A stretch of DNA of 64,000 bases from Dermatobacter hominis (lineage in GTDB: Bacteria > Actinomycetota > Acidimicrobiia > Acidimicrobiales > Microtrichaceae), in the NCBI RefSeq assembly GCF_020715685.1, contig NZ_CP085840.1:4354891-4418890 (forward strand). The letters are read 5' to 3'. A model generated the notes under the pieces. The model was given only the letters and a program-made list of their open reading frames with translations, was not told the origin of the DNA and searched no databases. Below are positions 38,466 through 46,853 of this stretch, one piece after another; position 1 is the stretch's first letter; each line of letters opens with the position of its first letter. The translations under genes were made by a program, and so were the position numbers.

Positions 38466-38668
38466 TGGGCAACCACCACGACCGCGAGAGGGCGCGCGCT
38501 GCGGCACGCGACCTCGACGCCGAACAGCAACCGAGCGACGACCTCGCCGCCAAGCTCGCCAACCTTCGCTCCGGTGGCGTCAGCCCCGAAGACCTCGGCG
38601 GCGACCCGAGCGACGCCGACCTCGATGAGCTCGTCGCCCGCACCCAGAAGCGGCCCTTCAGCGTCTGA
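38462..38668 (+). CDS. small acidic hypothetical protein
   Basis: 68 aa; start overlaps upstream stop (ATGA). Confidence 0.4.
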   Translation: MMGNHHDRERARAAARDLDAEQQPSDDLAAKLANLRSGGVSPEDLGGDPSDADLDELVARTQKRPFSV

Positions 38669-38864
38669 TGATCTGCACCGGCGACTCGGGAACGGCAAAC
38701 CGGCTGCGGCCGGCTGTCGTCGTCGCGTGCACCCCGGTGTCGGGGGCGGAGCTTGACCGCGGCCGTCCTCGACACCGGACCCCCTTGGCAAGCGCACCCT
38801 CGGTCACTGCGGAGCCGGTCGGCCCTGCTCCACCGATTTGTGTGTGAAGGATCAGGACTGACCC

Positions 38865-39164
38865 ATGCCGAAACGAACGGGCCGTCGCTGGCGCGAGAAG
38901 ATCGTCCCGAGGGTGATCCGCCGCGACGGTGGACGGTGTCACCTGTGCGGGAGGCTCGGAGCCGACAGCGCCGACCACATCATCCCGTGGAGTCACTTCC
39001 CGCCCGACCAGAAGCACCTCGCCGACCGGCTCGAGAACCTGGCCGCAGTCCACAACGATCCCTGCAACCGGATCCGCGGAGCCCGGTCCGTCGTCTGGGC
39101 TCGAGCTGAGATCGCTCGCCGCAACGCGGTGGCCGAGCAGGCGGCGGCGGGGTGGAAGTGGTGA
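38865..39164 (+). CDS. HNH endonuclease
   Basis: 99 aa; CHLCG...DHIIPWS...N...H...CN HNH motif with zinc-binding Cys pairs; RBS-like aaggatcagga upstream. Confidence 0.75.
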   Translation: MPKRTGRRWREKIVPRVIRRDGGRCHLCGRLGADSADHIIPWSHFPPDQKHLADRLENLAAVHNDPCNRIRGARSVVWARAEIARRNAVAEQAAAGWKW

Positions 39165-39598
39165 CGGGGGTGGGGGGGAAGCCGAAGTCGACCCGAAACG
39201 GAGCCATCGGCGTCGGCTCCGCCATCTCCCCCCGGCATTTTTTTGCACCGCTGGAGGGGCTCATTCGGCCTCTCGGCCGTGTGGAAACTCGCCTGTGTGT
39301 AAGAAACGGCGCTGCGCCGATCGGCTCCGTCTGTGGCGGTTGCGGGGCACTCCCCAGGTCGTCAAAGGACGCCGAGTGTCAAGGTCAGCTCAGGTCGGCG
39401 AGCTCGAGCAGACGGTCGAGGCGCTCGACCAGCTGTGGCCATGTCTCGGTCAGGGCGAGCCGCTTGTCGGGGTGCAGGACGAACTGGTCTCGGATCCCCG
39501 TAGCCAGGCCGGCGTACTGGGCGAGACGGACGAGGTCGCGGTCGGAGCGGGCCACGCCGCCGACGGTAGGTCGCTCGTGTGACGGTCAGCCGTGGGCG

Positions 39599-39991
39599 TC
39601 ACGCGGCGGCGCGCCCGGCGGTGACCGCTCGCTGGCGACGGCGTTCCTGAGGCGACGTGCCGGCGAGGATCCCGTCGTTCGCCGCAGTGCCCTGCTCCCG
39701 CGCCCAGACCGAGCACTCGGGAAGCACGGCGCAGGACGCGCACAGGGCTCGGGCTTTGGCCCCGGAGTTGGCGGGGAACATGACGGCGGTCTGACCGCGG
39801 CAAGCAGCCTCGGTCTGCCATGCGGGCTCCGGGCCGATCGCCTCGAGGAGCACCGCCAAGGCTTCGGCTACGTGCTGCAGCTGCTCCTCGCGCTTGCGGT
39901 CAACGTCGTCCGCTGCGGCCAGAAGCAGGGGGAGGCTTTTCACGTTGTCACCGTACCGCTTGCGCAACCCGCTGGTTGCGTAGCGGATCAA
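39599..39991 (-). CDS. WhiB-like (Wbl) iron-sulfur transcription factor
   Basis: 130 aa; C-x22-C-x2-C-x5-C (AACRGQ...CASCAVLPEC) spacing of WhiB family followed by basic tail. Confidence 0.7.
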   Translation of the reverse strand: MIRYATSGLRKRYGDNVKSLPLLLAAADDVDRKREEQLQHVAEALAVLLEAIGPEPAWQTEAACRGQTAVMFPANSGAKARALCASCAVLPECSVWAREQGTAANDGILAGTSPQERRRQRAVTAGRAAA

Positions 39992-39997
39992 CGGGAT

Positions 39998-40555
39998 CTA
40001 CCGCTTTCGACGGCGAGCGCGGCGTCTGCTGAAACGAGCCGACGACAGCCGACCGTCCGGCCATCTGACCCACCTCCGGCCCTGGCCGTCACGAAACCAC
40101 AGAACTACCGGGACGACGCGGGGACCACCACCGAAGCTCTCGATCAACGGTCCCCATTCGACGACCTCGCTGATCGATCGAGGCACGATCAGGCTGTAGT
40201 AGCGGCCGCCCATGTGTTCGCCTGTCCACACGTCGGTGGGACGGCGGAGCCGCCAGAACCACCTCCGCCGGCCCCAGTCGAACAAGGCGATAGACGCATC
40301 GAGGATTGGTGTCTCCCCGTCGTTCTGGATCGCCGCTGCAGTGATTGCGAACCCGTCGGGGCGTGGTTGTCCGTTCACGGGCAACGTTGCCGCTGCGGAT
40401 CGGACAAACACCGCCGCCGCAGCTGCGCGGCGACGGTCCCATTGCGCAACGACAAACGTGGCGACTGCGGCGAGTCCGCCGAGCACGCCGAGCACAGCGA
40501 TCGTCCGGCTCCACGTCCACCAATCCGGCCACTGCGCCGCAGACACCCTTCCCAT
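39998..40555 (-). CDS. hypothetical membrane-anchored protein
   Basis: In-frame ATG at 40555 of ORF 39998..40648; N-terminal TM (WSRTIAVLGVLGGLAAVATFVVAQW); Trp-rich body; no family. Confidence 0.45.
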   Translation of the reverse strand: MGRVSAAQWPDWWTWSRTIAVLGVLGGLAAVATFVVAQWDRRRAAAAAVFVRSAAATLPVNGQPRPDGFAITAAAIQNDGETPILDASIALFDWGRRRWFWRLRRPTDVWTGEHMGGRYYSLIVPRSISEVVEWGPLIESFGGGPRVVPVVLWFRDGQGRRWVRWPDGRLSSARFSRRRARRRKR

Positions 40556-40668
40556 CGGCCGCACGCTACGGCAGCGGCTGGGGCTACGGTGGCGCCGACA
40601 ACTGAGTGGGCCCGGCGCTGCGTCAACAGCCCGGGCCCTGGCCAACACCTACAGAGGAGGTGCTGACG

Positions 40669-41163
40669 GTGGACGACTCTACGTTCCCCGACCTGGCGAC
40701 CGTGCTTGATGCCGGCGCCTTCCCCGCCGACGACGACGGCCTGCGCTCGACGCTGGCCGAGGCGCTCGTCGACCTAGCCACGTATCCGGACCTGGAGCGC
40801 CTGGTCGAGCTGCGCCGGACCCATGTCGAGCTCCGCAGGGACCTCGCATGGGCGACAGAGCTCCTCGAGAATCCGCAGCTCGCCGAGCGGATCTTCGACC
40901 AGTACGACGTCGTGTTCCGCCTCGACGTCGAGCAGACCGTCGACCGCGCACGACGCTCCCACCCGATCCACGTCGGCCGCCGTTATGAGTGTCCCGACGC
41001 AGGAGAGCGGTGGAAGTGCGAGAACTGCGGTGTCGGGCACACCAACGACCAGCCGGCGTTCGTCGTTGGTGACCGTCCCGGCTTCTCGGACCTGCCGTAC
41101 CCGATCACGTACTGCGTGCCCTGTGTGCAGATGGCGGTGGCTGCCTTGGAGACTGTCCGATGA
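40669..41163 (+). CDS. hypothetical Cys-rich (zinc-ribbon-like) protein
   Basis: GTG at 40669 after gaggagg; C-term YECPDAGERWKCENCGVGH...YCVPCVQ; stop overlaps int1 start. Confidence 0.45.
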   Translation: MDDSTFPDLATVLDAGAFPADDDGLRSTLAEALVDLATYPDLERLVELRRTHVELRRDLAWATELLENPQLAERIFDQYDVVFRLDVEQTVDRARRSHPIHVGRRYECPDAGERWKCENCGVGHTNDQPAFVVGDRPGFSDLPYPITYCVPCVQMAVAALETVR

Positions 41164-42119
41164 GCGGCCACCGCCTGCGTCGCAGCGAGGGCTGCGACTC
41201 GCTCCTCCCCCTCGCTGCCGAGTCGCGCAGAGGCGTGACCCCGGAGATCCAGACGCTCGTCGAGGCGTACCTGCAGGAGCGGGTCGACCGGAAGCTCATG
41301 AACGAGAAGTCCGCTCGAGGCGTCGGCTACGCGCTGCTGCAGCTCGGCCGAGCTCATGGCGACCGACCCGTCGGCGACCTCGACGACCAGACCGTCGATC
41401 GGTACCTCGACCACTACGCCGACGCTGCGCCCGCGACGCTGCGGCGGGTGATCGCCGCGGCGACCGGCTGGGTCAAGTGGCTGCGTCACCGCGGCGTCCT
41501 CGACCGGGACCCGTTCTGGAACGTCGAGAAGCCATCCCTGCCCCGGTACCTGCCGCGGGCGCTCGACGCCGCTCAGGTACGCGCCGTGTTCCAAGCGTGC
41601 ACCAACCCTCGCGACACGCTCGTCGTGTCCCTGATGGTCAACGAGGGCCTCCGGTGCGTCGAGGTGTCGCGCCTACAGGTCGGCGACCTCGACCTCCGGA
41701 GCCGCACGATGCGGATCCACGGCAAGGGCGACCACGAGCGCATGCTGCCGATCACCGACGAGTCGTGGTCGTGCCTGCGGATCTACCTCGAGACGTTCGA
41801 GCTCGTCGGCGGCCCGCTGCTCAGGGACATCCGCTGGGGCGAACGGGGCCTCACCGCTCAGTGGGTCAGCGACCTCGTACGCGGCCTGATGACGGACGCC
41901 GGCGTGAAGCGCGGCCGCTACGACCGGGTGAGTGCCCACAGTCTCCGCCACACCGCGGCAACGGACATGCTCCGCAACGGCGCCCACGTCAGAGACGTCC
42001 AGCACGCCCTCGGCCACGCCAACCTCAAGACCACCGAGACGTACATGCCCCTCGTCGTGAACGACCTGCGATCGGCCATGAACGGTCGCTCGTACCGCTT
42101 TCCGGAGGTGGACCGCTGA
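41160..42119 (+). CDS. tyrosine recombinase (XerC/D-like, no arm-binding N-terminus)
   Basis: 319 aa; catalytic region HSLRHTAATDMLRNGAHVRDVQHALGHANLKTTETY (R..H-x-x-R...Y). Confidence 0.85.
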   Translation: MSGHRLRRSEGCDSLLPLAAESRRGVTPEIQTLVEAYLQERVDRKLMNEKSARGVGYALLQLGRAHGDRPVGDLDDQTVDRYLDHYADAAPATLRRVIAAATGWVKWLRHRGVLDRDPFWNVEKPSLPRYLPRALDAAQVRAVFQACTNPRDTLVVSLMVNEGLRCVEVSRLQVGDLDLRSRTMRIHGKGDHERMLPITDESWSCLRIYLETFELVGGPLLRDIRWGERGLTAQWVSDLVRGLMTDAGVKRGRYDRVSAHSLRHTAATDMLRNGAHVRDVQHALGHANLKTTETYMPLVVNDLRSAMNGRSYRFPEVDR

Positions 42120-43273
42120 TGGCTTCGATCGTCAAGCGTCAGACCTCGAAGGGCGACACCCACTACCTCGTCCGTTACCGGGACCCGTCCGGCAAGGTCC
42201 GCAACAAGACCTTCCGACGAGCCGAGGACGCGCGTCGCTTCGCGTCGACGACCGAGGCCGACATGGTGCGCGGCGCGTGGGTCGACCCGAACGCCGGCCG
42301 GGTCCTGTTCCGCGACTACGCCGCCCGGTGGGTGGCCGAGCGGACAACCAGCCGAGGCCGGAAGCTCGCGCCGCGCACGGTCGAGCTCTACCGCTCCCAG
42401 CTCGCCAAGCACATCGAGCCGACCTTCGGCGACGTCGACCTGTCGAAGATCACCGTCGCTGCGGTGCGGTCGTGGCACTCGCAGCTCGTCGGCCGAGGCC
42501 ACCCGACCGCCGCCGCGAAGTGCTACCGACTCCTCCGGGCCATCCTGGCGACCGCCGTCGAGGACGACCTGATCCTCAAGAACCCGTGCACGATCAAGGG
42601 CGCAGGCGTGGAGCGGTCAGGGGAGCGCCCGGTGGCCACCGCCGACCAGGTGTGGGACCTCGCCGACGAGATCGACGACCACCTCCGGGCCTTCATTCTC
42701 GTCGGAGCCTTCGCCGGACTCCGGTTTAGCGAGGCCGCTGGTCTGCAACGTCGACACGTCGACCTCTTGCACCGAACGATCACCGTCGAGCACCAGCTCG
42801 AGCGGGTCAGCAAGGCCACCGCAGAGCACCTCGGCATGGACACCGTCGGGTTCGGCCCGCCGAAGTCCGACGCCGGCTACCGCACGCTCGCCATCCCGGC
42901 GCCACTGGTGCCCGAGCTCGAGCGACACCTCGGCATCTACGCCGCGCCGGGGCCCGACGGGCTCGTGTTCGTGGGTCCGCTCGGGGCGCCGCTCTCGCGT
43001 GGCAACTTCACTCACCAGTGGAAGCCGGCCAGGATCGCCGCTGGCCTCCCGGCAGGCTTCCGCTACCACGACTTGCGCCACACCCACATGACGGCGGCAG
43101 CCGAGTCCGGAGCGTCCACCAAGGAGCTCATGCGCCGTCTCGGTCAGTCCTCGCCGGCGGCGGCGCTGCGCTATCAGCACGCGACGGACCGGCGTGACGT
43201 CGAGATCGCCGACGCAGTGGGGGCGACCCTCCGTCGACGCTCGGACGATCGTCGAGCGGGTCAAGGCGCGTAA
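42119..43273 (+). CDS. int: phage-type tyrosine integrase with N-terminal arm-type DNA-binding domain
   Basis: 384 aa from ATG overlapping int1 stop (TGATG); N-term KGDTHYLVRYRDPSGKVRNKTFRRAEDARRF (AP2-like arm-binding), catalytic HDLRHTHMTAAAESGASTKELMRRLGQSSPAAALRYQH. The 816-aa track ORF 40823..43273 is an artefactual extension. Confidence 0.85.
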   Translation: MASIVKRQTSKGDTHYLVRYRDPSGKVRNKTFRRAEDARRFASTTEADMVRGAWVDPNAGRVLFRDYAARWVAERTTSRGRKLAPRTVELYRSQLAKHIEPTFGDVDLSKITVAAVRSWHSQLVGRGHPTAAAKCYRLLRAILATAVEDDLILKNPCTIKGAGVERSGERPVATADQVWDLADEIDDHLRAFILVGAFAGLRFSEAAGLQRRHVDLLHRTITVEHQLERVSKATAEHLGMDTVGFGPPKSDAGYRTLAIPAPLVPELERHLGIYAAPGPDGLVFVGPLGAPLSRGNFTHQWKPARIAAGLPAGFRYHDLRHTHMTAAAESGASTKELMRRLGQSSPAAALRYQHATDRRDVEIADAVGATLRRRSDDRRAGQGA

Positions 43274-43569
43274 CCGAAGCCCTCCATGCACTCCTCGTAG
43301 CTCATGCTGTACGTGCCGCTCTCGCTGATGGTCTTGCAAGTCCGGCTTGCAGAGGCGGGCGCAACCGGGGTGCCGATGTCCTCGACCGACTCAGTTCCGT
43401 CGTCCACCGAAGGAACGTAAATCGGCTCGTCAGGACTCGAGCTTCCGCCGCCGAGCATCAACCCGGCGGCGATGGCGCCCACGAAGAGGATGACCATCAC
43501 CGGTACGCCGACGTACCAGGGGATGTCGATCTGGGCTGCCAGAGACTGCTTGCGGGGTTCCTCGTCCAT
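43261..43569 (-). CDS. small hypothetical membrane protein
   Basis: In-frame ATG at 43569 (MDEEPRK...IPWYVGVPVMVILFVGAIAAGLMLGG...); one TM helix; between int and attL. Confidence 0.4.
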   Translation of the reverse strand: MDEEPRKQSLAAQIDIPWYVGVPVMVILFVGAIAAGLMLGGGSSSPDEPIYVPSVDDGTESVEDIGTPVAPASASRTCKTISESGTYSMSYEECMEGFGYAP

Positions 43570-43720
43570 GCCATAGGCATCGGCGCCCGGCCTGAACGGC
43601 TGAAACGTTGGTACTGCGAGCCGAGTCCGCGCGCAGGCCGCGCGCACGGCTGACGAGCGGGTGAATATGGGCCAGGACGCGCAAATGGCCGAACCCCTTG
43701 CAACCGTAGGGATCCGGCCG

Positions 43721-43765
43721 GAGAGCGGGTGACGGGAATCGAACCCGCATGACCAGCTTGGAAGG
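43721..43765. repeat. attL core: 45-bp direct repeat within tRNA-Gly
   Basis: Identical to 34174..34218. Confidence 0.85.
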
Positions 43766-43795
43766 CTGGGACTCTCGCCATTGAGCTACACCCGC
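43724..43795 (-). tRNA. tRNA-Gly (anticodon TCC)
   Basis: rc reads GCGGGTGTAGCTCAATGGCGAGAGTCCCAGCCTTCCAAGCTGGTCATGCGGGTTCGATTCCCGTCACCCGCT; anticodon loop CU-TCC-AA; T-loop GGTTCGATTCC. Confidence 0.85.
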
Positions 43796-43887
43796 GAGCC
43801 CCGCCGCAGCAGGGTCCGACCACGCTAGCGCGGCGCCGGCCGATCACCCCGTGCGTGGGCGGCGGCACCGCCGGGTAGGAGTGTCCG

Positions 43888-44745
43888 ATGGCGACGATCA
43901 CGACGACCTCGGACGACCGCCGACTGCACGACGCCGTGCTGGGAGAGACGAGGTTCGGCCCGTTCGACCTCCGCTGGTACGAGAGCGGCCCCTCCGACGA
44001 GCCGGGCATCCTGCTGCTCCACGGCCTCTACGCCGGCGCGTCGGGCTACGAGTGGCGGAAGCTCGTCCCCGAGCTGGCCCGCACCCACCGCGTGCGGGTC
44101 CCCGACCTGCTCGGGGCGGGCGGGAGCGACCGCCCGGCCATCGACTACACCCCCGACGTCGTCCGGCGAGCGGTCGAGGCGCTCATCGACGACGCCGGCG
44201 ACCGGGTGCACGTGGTCGCCAGCTCGTTGGTCGGCGCGTACGCGCTCCAGGTGGTCGCCGACCGCGCCCGCCGCGGCGCCGGGGTGCCGCTGACCCTGGT
44301 GACGCCGACCGGGCTCGGTCGCCGCCAGCCCCGCCCGCCCGCGCCGGTGGCCGAGCTGCTGCGCCGCACGCCGGTGGGCGACGTGCTCGTCCACGGCCTC
44401 ACGTCGGCGCCGTCGGTGCGCTGGTTCCAGCGCAACCGCACCTACGACGACCCCGAGGTGCTCACCGAGGAGGAGGTCGTCGTGACCCGCCGCAAGGGTC
44501 GGCTGCCGGGCGCGAAGCACCTGCAGCTGGCGTTCGTGACGGGCGAGCTGGCGCTCGACATCGACGCCGCTGACGTCGGCCTGGTCGCGCCGCGTGTCGT
44601 GTGGGGCACCGGCCAGGACTTCGTCGACGACGACGAGCGCCACCTCTGGCGAGCAGCCGGCGCGACGGTCGTCGAGCTCGCCTCCGGACTGCCGCAGGTG
44701 GAGCAACCTGAACGGCTCGCGGAGATCCTGCGAGAACGGGAGTAG
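43888..44745 (+). CDS. alpha/beta-fold hydrolase
   Basis: 285 aa; HGLYAG oxyanion-hole region, VVASSLVGAY (nucleophile elbow, Sm-S-x-G). Confidence 0.75.
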   Translation: MATITTTSDDRRLHDAVLGETRFGPFDLRWYESGPSDEPGILLLHGLYAGASGYEWRKLVPELARTHRVRVPDLLGAGGSDRPAIDYTPDVVRRAVEALIDDAGDRVHVVASSLVGAYALQVVADRARRGAGVPLTLVTPTGLGRRQPRPPAPVAELLRRTPVGDVLVHGLTSAPSVRWFQRNRTYDDPEVLTEEEVVVTRRKGRLPGAKHLQLAFVTGELALDIDAADVGLVAPRVVWGTGQDFVDDDERHLWRAAGATVVELASGLPQVEQPERLAEILRERE

Positions 44746-44774
44746 GCCGTACCACTGCGGGGTACAGGACGGTC

Positions 44775-45074
44775 GTGATCTCGTCCTCGGTCCCCCTCCA
44801 GGTGGTGATGGTGGAAGAGCGCGCCGACGAGCTGGTCATCGACTGCCTGGTCGCCGAGCGGATCGTCGCCGGCCCCGGTCGAGCCATCTCCGCCGGCACG
44901 CCGTTCACGATCATCGTCAACCCCTCGGCGGTCGTCGGTGGGACCGACGCCGCCATCGCCCTGCTCGAGCACTGGTCCGACACGTGCGGCTCCGTGGAGG
45001 CCACGGGCTCCGTGTCCGACGGCATGATCCGCCTGTGCGCCGAAGGACGGGAGCTCGTCCTCGACGTGCCCTGA
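44775..45074 (+). CDS. small hypothetical protein
   Basis: 99 aa, acidic; no family; low support. Confidence 0.3.
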   Translation: MISSSVPLQVVMVEERADELVIDCLVAERIVAGPGRAISAGTPFTIIVNPSAVVGGTDAAIALLEHWSDTCGSVEATGSVSDGMIRLCAEGRELVLDVP

Positions 45075-45151
45075 CCGGCCCCGATCCCGGATCCGCACGT
45101 CTACGAACGCGTTCGCGCGGGTAGACAGGCCTCCGCAACGGGTAGACAGGA

Positions 45152-45520
45152 TTGACCCGGTCCCGGATGGGTCGGCGGGTGCGGACAGAGGTGCGCGTGG
45201 ACAGTACGGAACGCTTGTCGGTCAGAGCTGCGGACGGTGACGGCGGGACGCTGGTGGTGACCGGCGACCTCGACGCGTACACGGTCGGCGAGCTGGAGTC
45301 GGAGATGCAGCGGCTCGGCGTCGATGCGGACGTCCGGATCGACCTGTCGGGCGTCACGTTCATGGACTCCAGCGGCATCAGGGCCGTGGTCCGACTGGAC
45401 AACGCCCTGCGGGAGCAGGGCCACGAGCTGGTCCTGGTCGCCCCGTCGGCGCCGGTCCTCCGCCTGTTCGAGCTCACCTCGCTCGTGGACCGCTTCCGGA
45501 TCGACCCCGCCGCTCCCTGA
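45152..45520 (+). CDS. STAS-domain anti-sigma-factor antagonist (SpoIIAA-like)
   Basis: LVVTGDLDAYTVGELE...IDLSGVTFMDSSGIRAVVRL...ELVLVAPSAPVLRLFELTSL; true start probably slightly downstream. Confidence 0.75.
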   Translation: MTRSRMGRRVRTEVRVDSTERLSVRAADGDGGTLVVTGDLDAYTVGELESEMQRLGVDADVRIDLSGVTFMDSSGIRAVVRLDNALREQGHELVLVAPSAPVLRLFELTSLVDRFRIDPAAP

Positions 45521-45626
45521 GCGGCCGTCGCGACCTGTCGTGGCGGCGGTCGCGGCGCCCGGGGTCATCACGGCTCAACCCCGCCCCCCGATCGGGCGAT
45601 GATGATCTGGGAACGGATGGCATAGG

Positions 45627-45980
45627 TTGTCCCGAATGGCCGGCGCCACCCCTCCGACGCCGACCGACGACAGGAGCAGGATGACTGACGGGTTCGCGGT
45701 GGAGGTCGTCGACGACGTGATCCGCATCAGCGGTGACCTCGACGCACAGACCTCGAGCAGGCTGGACGAGGTGATCACCTCGCAGCTCGAGCGCGGGTGC
45801 CAGGAGGTCGTGCTCGACCTGACCGACCTCGAGTTCGTCGACTCCAGCGGACTGCGGTCGATGGTGCTGGCCCGTGGCCCCGAGGGCGCCGGCCGGGTCG
45901 TGCTGCGCTCGCCGTCCACCTCCGTCGTCCGCCTGCTCGACATCACCGGGCTCACCGAGGTGTTCGTCATCGAGCCGTGA
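45627..45980 (+). CDS. STAS-domain anti-sigma-factor antagonist (second copy)
   Basis: IRISGDLDAQTSSRLDE...LDLTDLEFVDSSGLRSMVLA...VVLRSPSTSVVRLLDITGL; start may be ATG at 45681. Confidence 0.75.
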   Translation: MSRMAGATPPTPTDDRSRMTDGFAVEVVDDVIRISGDLDAQTSSRLDEVITSQLERGCQEVVLDLTDLEFVDSSGLRSMVLARGPEGAGRVVLRSPSTSVVRLLDITGLTEVFVIEP

Positions 45981-46022
45981 CCTCGGCCCGATCCTGTCGG
46001 CCCCGCCGGATGCGGGTGCCGG

Positions 46023-46853
46023 TCAGTGCTGGACGATCCAGGCGGTCACCAGGCCGCTGCCGTTGATCGACCAGTGGAGCAGCACGGGTGCCAGCAGGCT
46101 GCCGGAGCGGTTCCGCAGCCAGGTGAAGCCCAGTCCCGCAGCGGCCGTGGCCACCACGCTCCCGGCGATCGCGACCGGGGTGCCCAGCCCGAGCGGCAAC
46201 CCCTTCAGCGCGGCGTTGCTGTCGGCGAGGTCGAGCGACGGCAGCACGTGCCACAGCCCGAACAGCAGCGCGGCGGCCACGTCGGCCTTGACGGCCCAGT
46301 TCCGCCGGTGCGCGAACCGGCGCCGGAACATGGCGGGCAGCACGCCGCGGAACATCGTCTCCTCGGCGAGCACCGTGCCGAAGGGGATCTCGACGCCGAC
46401 GTGCAGCAGCAGGCCGGCGAGCGTGAGCTCCTTGGCCCGGTCGTCGTGGAAGAGCTCCCTGGTGGCGGGGATCAGGGCGCCGGCCGCGCAGACGCCGATG
46501 ACCGCGGCCGACGCGAGGCCGCCCCAGCGCAGACCGTCGACCAGGTGGGCGCGCGAGAGGCCGAGCTCGTCGTCGCGGATGTGGCCGTAGCGCTTCGCGA
46601 ACCAGACCAGCGCACCGGCGACGCCGATGTTCCAGGGGATGTAGGCCCACGACGGCAGGACCTCGTTGGCGAGGACGTTGGAGCCGACGAGGATCCCGAT
46701 GACGCCGAGGACCGGGCCGGTCTCGGGGTTGGCGTGGTCGGGCCGCCGTGACAGCGGATCCCACCACGCCGGACCGCCGTGGTCGTGGGGTGCGATCCGT
46801 CCGGGCGCGGCGGCGCCCCCGTCGGCGGCGTCCGGTCCCGCCCGCTCAGCCAC
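46023..46853 (-). CDS. CPBP-family intramembrane glutamic endopeptidase (CAAX protease/Abi)
   Basis: 276 aa; EETMFRG (EExxxR), FGLWH (FxxxH), HWSIN (HxxxN) motifs on TM helices. Confidence 0.8.
   Translation of the reverse strand: MAERAGPDAADGGAAAPGRIAPHDHGGPAWWDPLSRRPDHANPETGPVLGVIGILVGSNVLANEVLPSWAYIPWNIGVAGALVWFAKRYGHIRDDELGLSRAHLVDGLRWGGLASAAVIGVCAAGALIPATRELFHDDRAKELTLAGLLLHVGVEIPFGTVLAEETMFRGVLPAMFRRRFAHRRNWAVKADVAAALLFGLWHVLPSLDLADSNAALKGLPLGLGTPVAIAGSVVATAAAGLGFTWLRNRSGSLLAPVLLHWSINGSGLVTAWIVQH

Larger units (their letters stand above)
34174..43765. mobile_element. ~9.6 kb tRNA-Gly-integrated element (integrative island / satellite-like; int x2, xis, RepA-like ATPase, HNH, WhiB, SWIM, hypotheticals)
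   Basis: Bounded by perfect 45-bp direct repeats, one overlapping an intact tRNA-Gly; internal tandem motif cgcgcgcacgg x2 near both ends (34303..34327, 28628..43652 -> 43628..43652); integrase adjacent to tRNA end; locally lower GC (e.g. 34700..35200, 39180..39330). Confidence 0.75.

Noticed and set aside
40823-43273. 816-aa ORF apparently fusing both integrases
   Set aside because: The first ~430 codons are Arg/Pro-rich junk in the frame of int2 running across int1. The real genes are int1 (41160..42119) and int2 from the ATG at 42119.
43430-43750. ORF beginning MRVRFPSPAL (also at the 5' end of track ORF 33049..34203)
   Set aside because: It is a translation of the tRNA-Gly-derived direct repeat. 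Its occurrence at both sites reflects the att duplication, not a gene.
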